This document shows positions 62,442 to 64,000 of a stretch of 64,000 nucleotides of DNA, piece after piece. The notes beneath the pieces are model-generated. The model saw only the letters and a program-made list of their open reading frames with translations. It did no database searches and was not told the DNA's origin. The translations under genes were made by a program, and so were the position numbers. Position 1 is the stretch's first letter. Every line of letters begins with the position of its first letter. The stretch comes from an uncultured candidatus Porisulfidus sp. (GTDB lineage: Bacteria > Pseudomonadota > Gammaproteobacteria > Poriferisulfidales > Oxydemutatoraceae), in contig OZ244052.1 of NCBI GenBank assembly GCA_965215125.1, positions 1,312,001 through 1,376,000 on the forward strand, read 5' to 3'.

Positions 62442-63623
62442 GTGTTTTCCCATCCAATTACGATACCCACCGCAAGTGTCCTCATCGCATGCATTTCGCT
62501 ATTATTGAGTGCTTGTTCTACTATCACCGATGCGCTAATGGGAAAGGAAGATCGTTATTTAGATGATGTTCCGTCTTTTCTCGTCGTGGATACCTTGTGG
62601 TCGGCATCCGCAGTAGGCAGTTTTGAGGACGACTATCTATTTTTCACTCCACTATTGGAAGGAGAGCGCATTTATGTTTGTGGACCGAGCGGTAAACTTG
62701 TAGCATTTGATGTGAACGGCGGCAAGCGTGTCTGGAGCGCGACCGTGCAGGAGGAATTGGTTGCCGGTGTCGGCGGTGGCGAAGGTATATTGCTAATCGG
62801 TACGAACAAAGGCGAAGTCATAGCCGTTGCCGAAGACTCTAAGGAGATATTATGGCGGCGCGGTTTGGGAAGCAGAGCTTTGGTGATTTCCGAGAATTAT
62901 AAAAACACCGTAATTGTGCGTACCGAAGACAACACGACTTTTGCTTTTCGTAGCGATGACGGCAAGCCGCTTTGGCGACGCAAAGACCCACCCCCACCGC
63001 TAACGATTAAAGGTGCAAGTATTCCGGTGTTCTACGAAGATGCAACCTTCCTAGGTTTGGACGACGGACAGATATTGGTACTTGCACTGGAGGACGGCAA
63101 GGTGTTGAATCAAATCAAGCTCGGTGTGAGTTCGGGTGAGTCCGATTTGGATCGTATCGTTGATGTAGACGGTCGTATGCTGATATACGACGATATTTTC
63201 TTCGCCGCGGCTTATCAAGGACGTACGATTGCTTTAGATCTCAAGCGTAATAGATTGTTGTGGTTGGCAGATGCGCCCTCGCATGTGGGACTCGATGTAG
63301 GACGCAGGGGTGTTTATGCGACCACACCGGAAAACCAAGTCGTAGCGCACGATCGTCAAACCGGTGAAAGGCTATGGTCTAATACCCGATTGCTGGATAC
63401 GGAATTGAGTGCGCCGCTGTCGGTAGGTGCGCTGGTTGCAGTCGGAAGTGATCGTGGCGATATTTACTGGTTATCACACAAAAGCGGGAAAGTGTTGGAT
63501 ATAACCGATATTGGTGGTTCACCGATTGTATCGCTGGCATCTTTTGCGAATGGAAAACTAATTGCTTTTGACAAAAGCGGTGATTTGACCGCACTCGATA
63601 TAAAAGGCTATCGCAAAAACTAA
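62442..63623 (+). CDS. bamB: Outer membrane assembly lipoprotein BamB
   Basis: Lipobox LSAC, PQQ-like beta-propeller repeats, DRIVDVD, AYQG. Confidence 0.92.
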   Translation: MFSHPITIPTASVLIACISLLLSACSTITDALMGKEDRYLDDVPSFLVVDTLWSASAVGSFEDDYLFFTPLLEGERIYVCGPSGKLVAFDVNGGKRVWSATVQEELVAGVGGGEGILLIGTNKGEVIAVAEDSKEILWRRGLGSRALVISENYKNTVIVRTEDNTTFAFRSDDGKPLWRRKDPPPPLTIKGASIPVFYEDATFLGLDDGQILVLALEDGKVLNQIKLGVSSGESDLDRIVDVDGRMLIYDDIFFAAAYQGRTIALDLKRNRLLWLADAPSHVGLDVGRRGVYATTPENQVVAHDRQTGERLWSNTRLLDTELSAPLSVGALVAVGSDRGDIYWLSHKSGKVLDITDIGGSPIVSLASFANGKLIAFDKSGDLTALDIKGYRKN

Positions 63624-63632
63624 AAGTGTGCG

Positions 63633-64000
63633 ATGAAAAAATTAGCTCTGGTAGGACGCCCCAATGTGGGCAAGTCGTCTTTATTTAATGCGCTATCTCA
63701 TAAACGCGACGCGATTGTAGCAGCCAGTCCCGGGCTGACTAGAGACCGTCAGTACGGTGTGGTAGAACACGAAGGTTGTAGTTGCATCATCATAGACACC
63801 GGTGGTCTTGCCGCCGAGAACGAGATGGATCAGCTGATTGCGGCACAAACGCAGAATGCTATAGCCGAAGCCGATGCCGTTGCATTGATTGTCGATGCCT
63901 CACAGGGTTTAACGCCGTCGGATCAATCCTTGGCAACTCAGATGCGTAAAACGAGCAAAGGCTTATGGTTGGTTGTCAATAAAATAGACAAGCAAAGCGA
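63633..64000 (+). CDS. der: Ribosome biogenesis GTPase Der, 5' part
   Basis: Manual translation MKKLALVGRPNVGKSSLFNAL...PGLTRDR...IDTGG...VVNKID. Confidence 0.96.
   Translation, partial: MKKLALVGRPNVGKSSLFNALSHKRDAIVAASPGLTRDRQYGVVEHEGCSCIIIDTGGLAAENEMDQLIAAQTQNAIAEADAVALIVDASQGLTPSDQSLATQMRKTSKGLWLVVNKIDKQS

Overview
Gammaproteobacterial chromosome segment. The housekeeping backbone is: T2SS gspF-K; a cupin; a 10-gene Mrp Na+/H+ antiporter operon; ppc; panD; tRNA-fMet; lipA/lipB; minor type IV pilins; ispB; rph-rdgB-hemW; iscRSUA-hscBA-fdx...iscX; and ndk-rlmN-rodZ-hisS-yfgM-bamB-der. Two accessory regions interrupt it. (1) At 4.4-9.6 kb there is a Fic gene and a decaying MboII-like Type IIS R-M system: M1 is intact, M2 is internally deleted, and the endonuclease is broken by IS256 plus a frameshift. 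This system is bracketed by a duplicated 3' end of the last mrp gene. (2) A ~21.7 kb island splits fdx from iscX. It holds katG, a membrane-anchored Dcd/dUTPase-fold protein, a Type I R-M locus and an AlwI-family Type IIS system whose first methylase is fused to RadC. The best candidate for a new system is the Type I locus. Its HsdS is fused in frame to an MNT nucleotidyltransferase antitoxin encoded directly after a HEPN RNase toxin, which could let the toxin guard the restriction complex. Sir2-HerA and Lamassu-type cassettes are stacked between hsdS and hsdR, separated by a 62-bp hsdR-start/hsdS-end scar. A modular REP-like repeat family with nested inserts is dispersed across the window. 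All family assignments come from motifs read by eye and recalled family knowledge; no searches were run.
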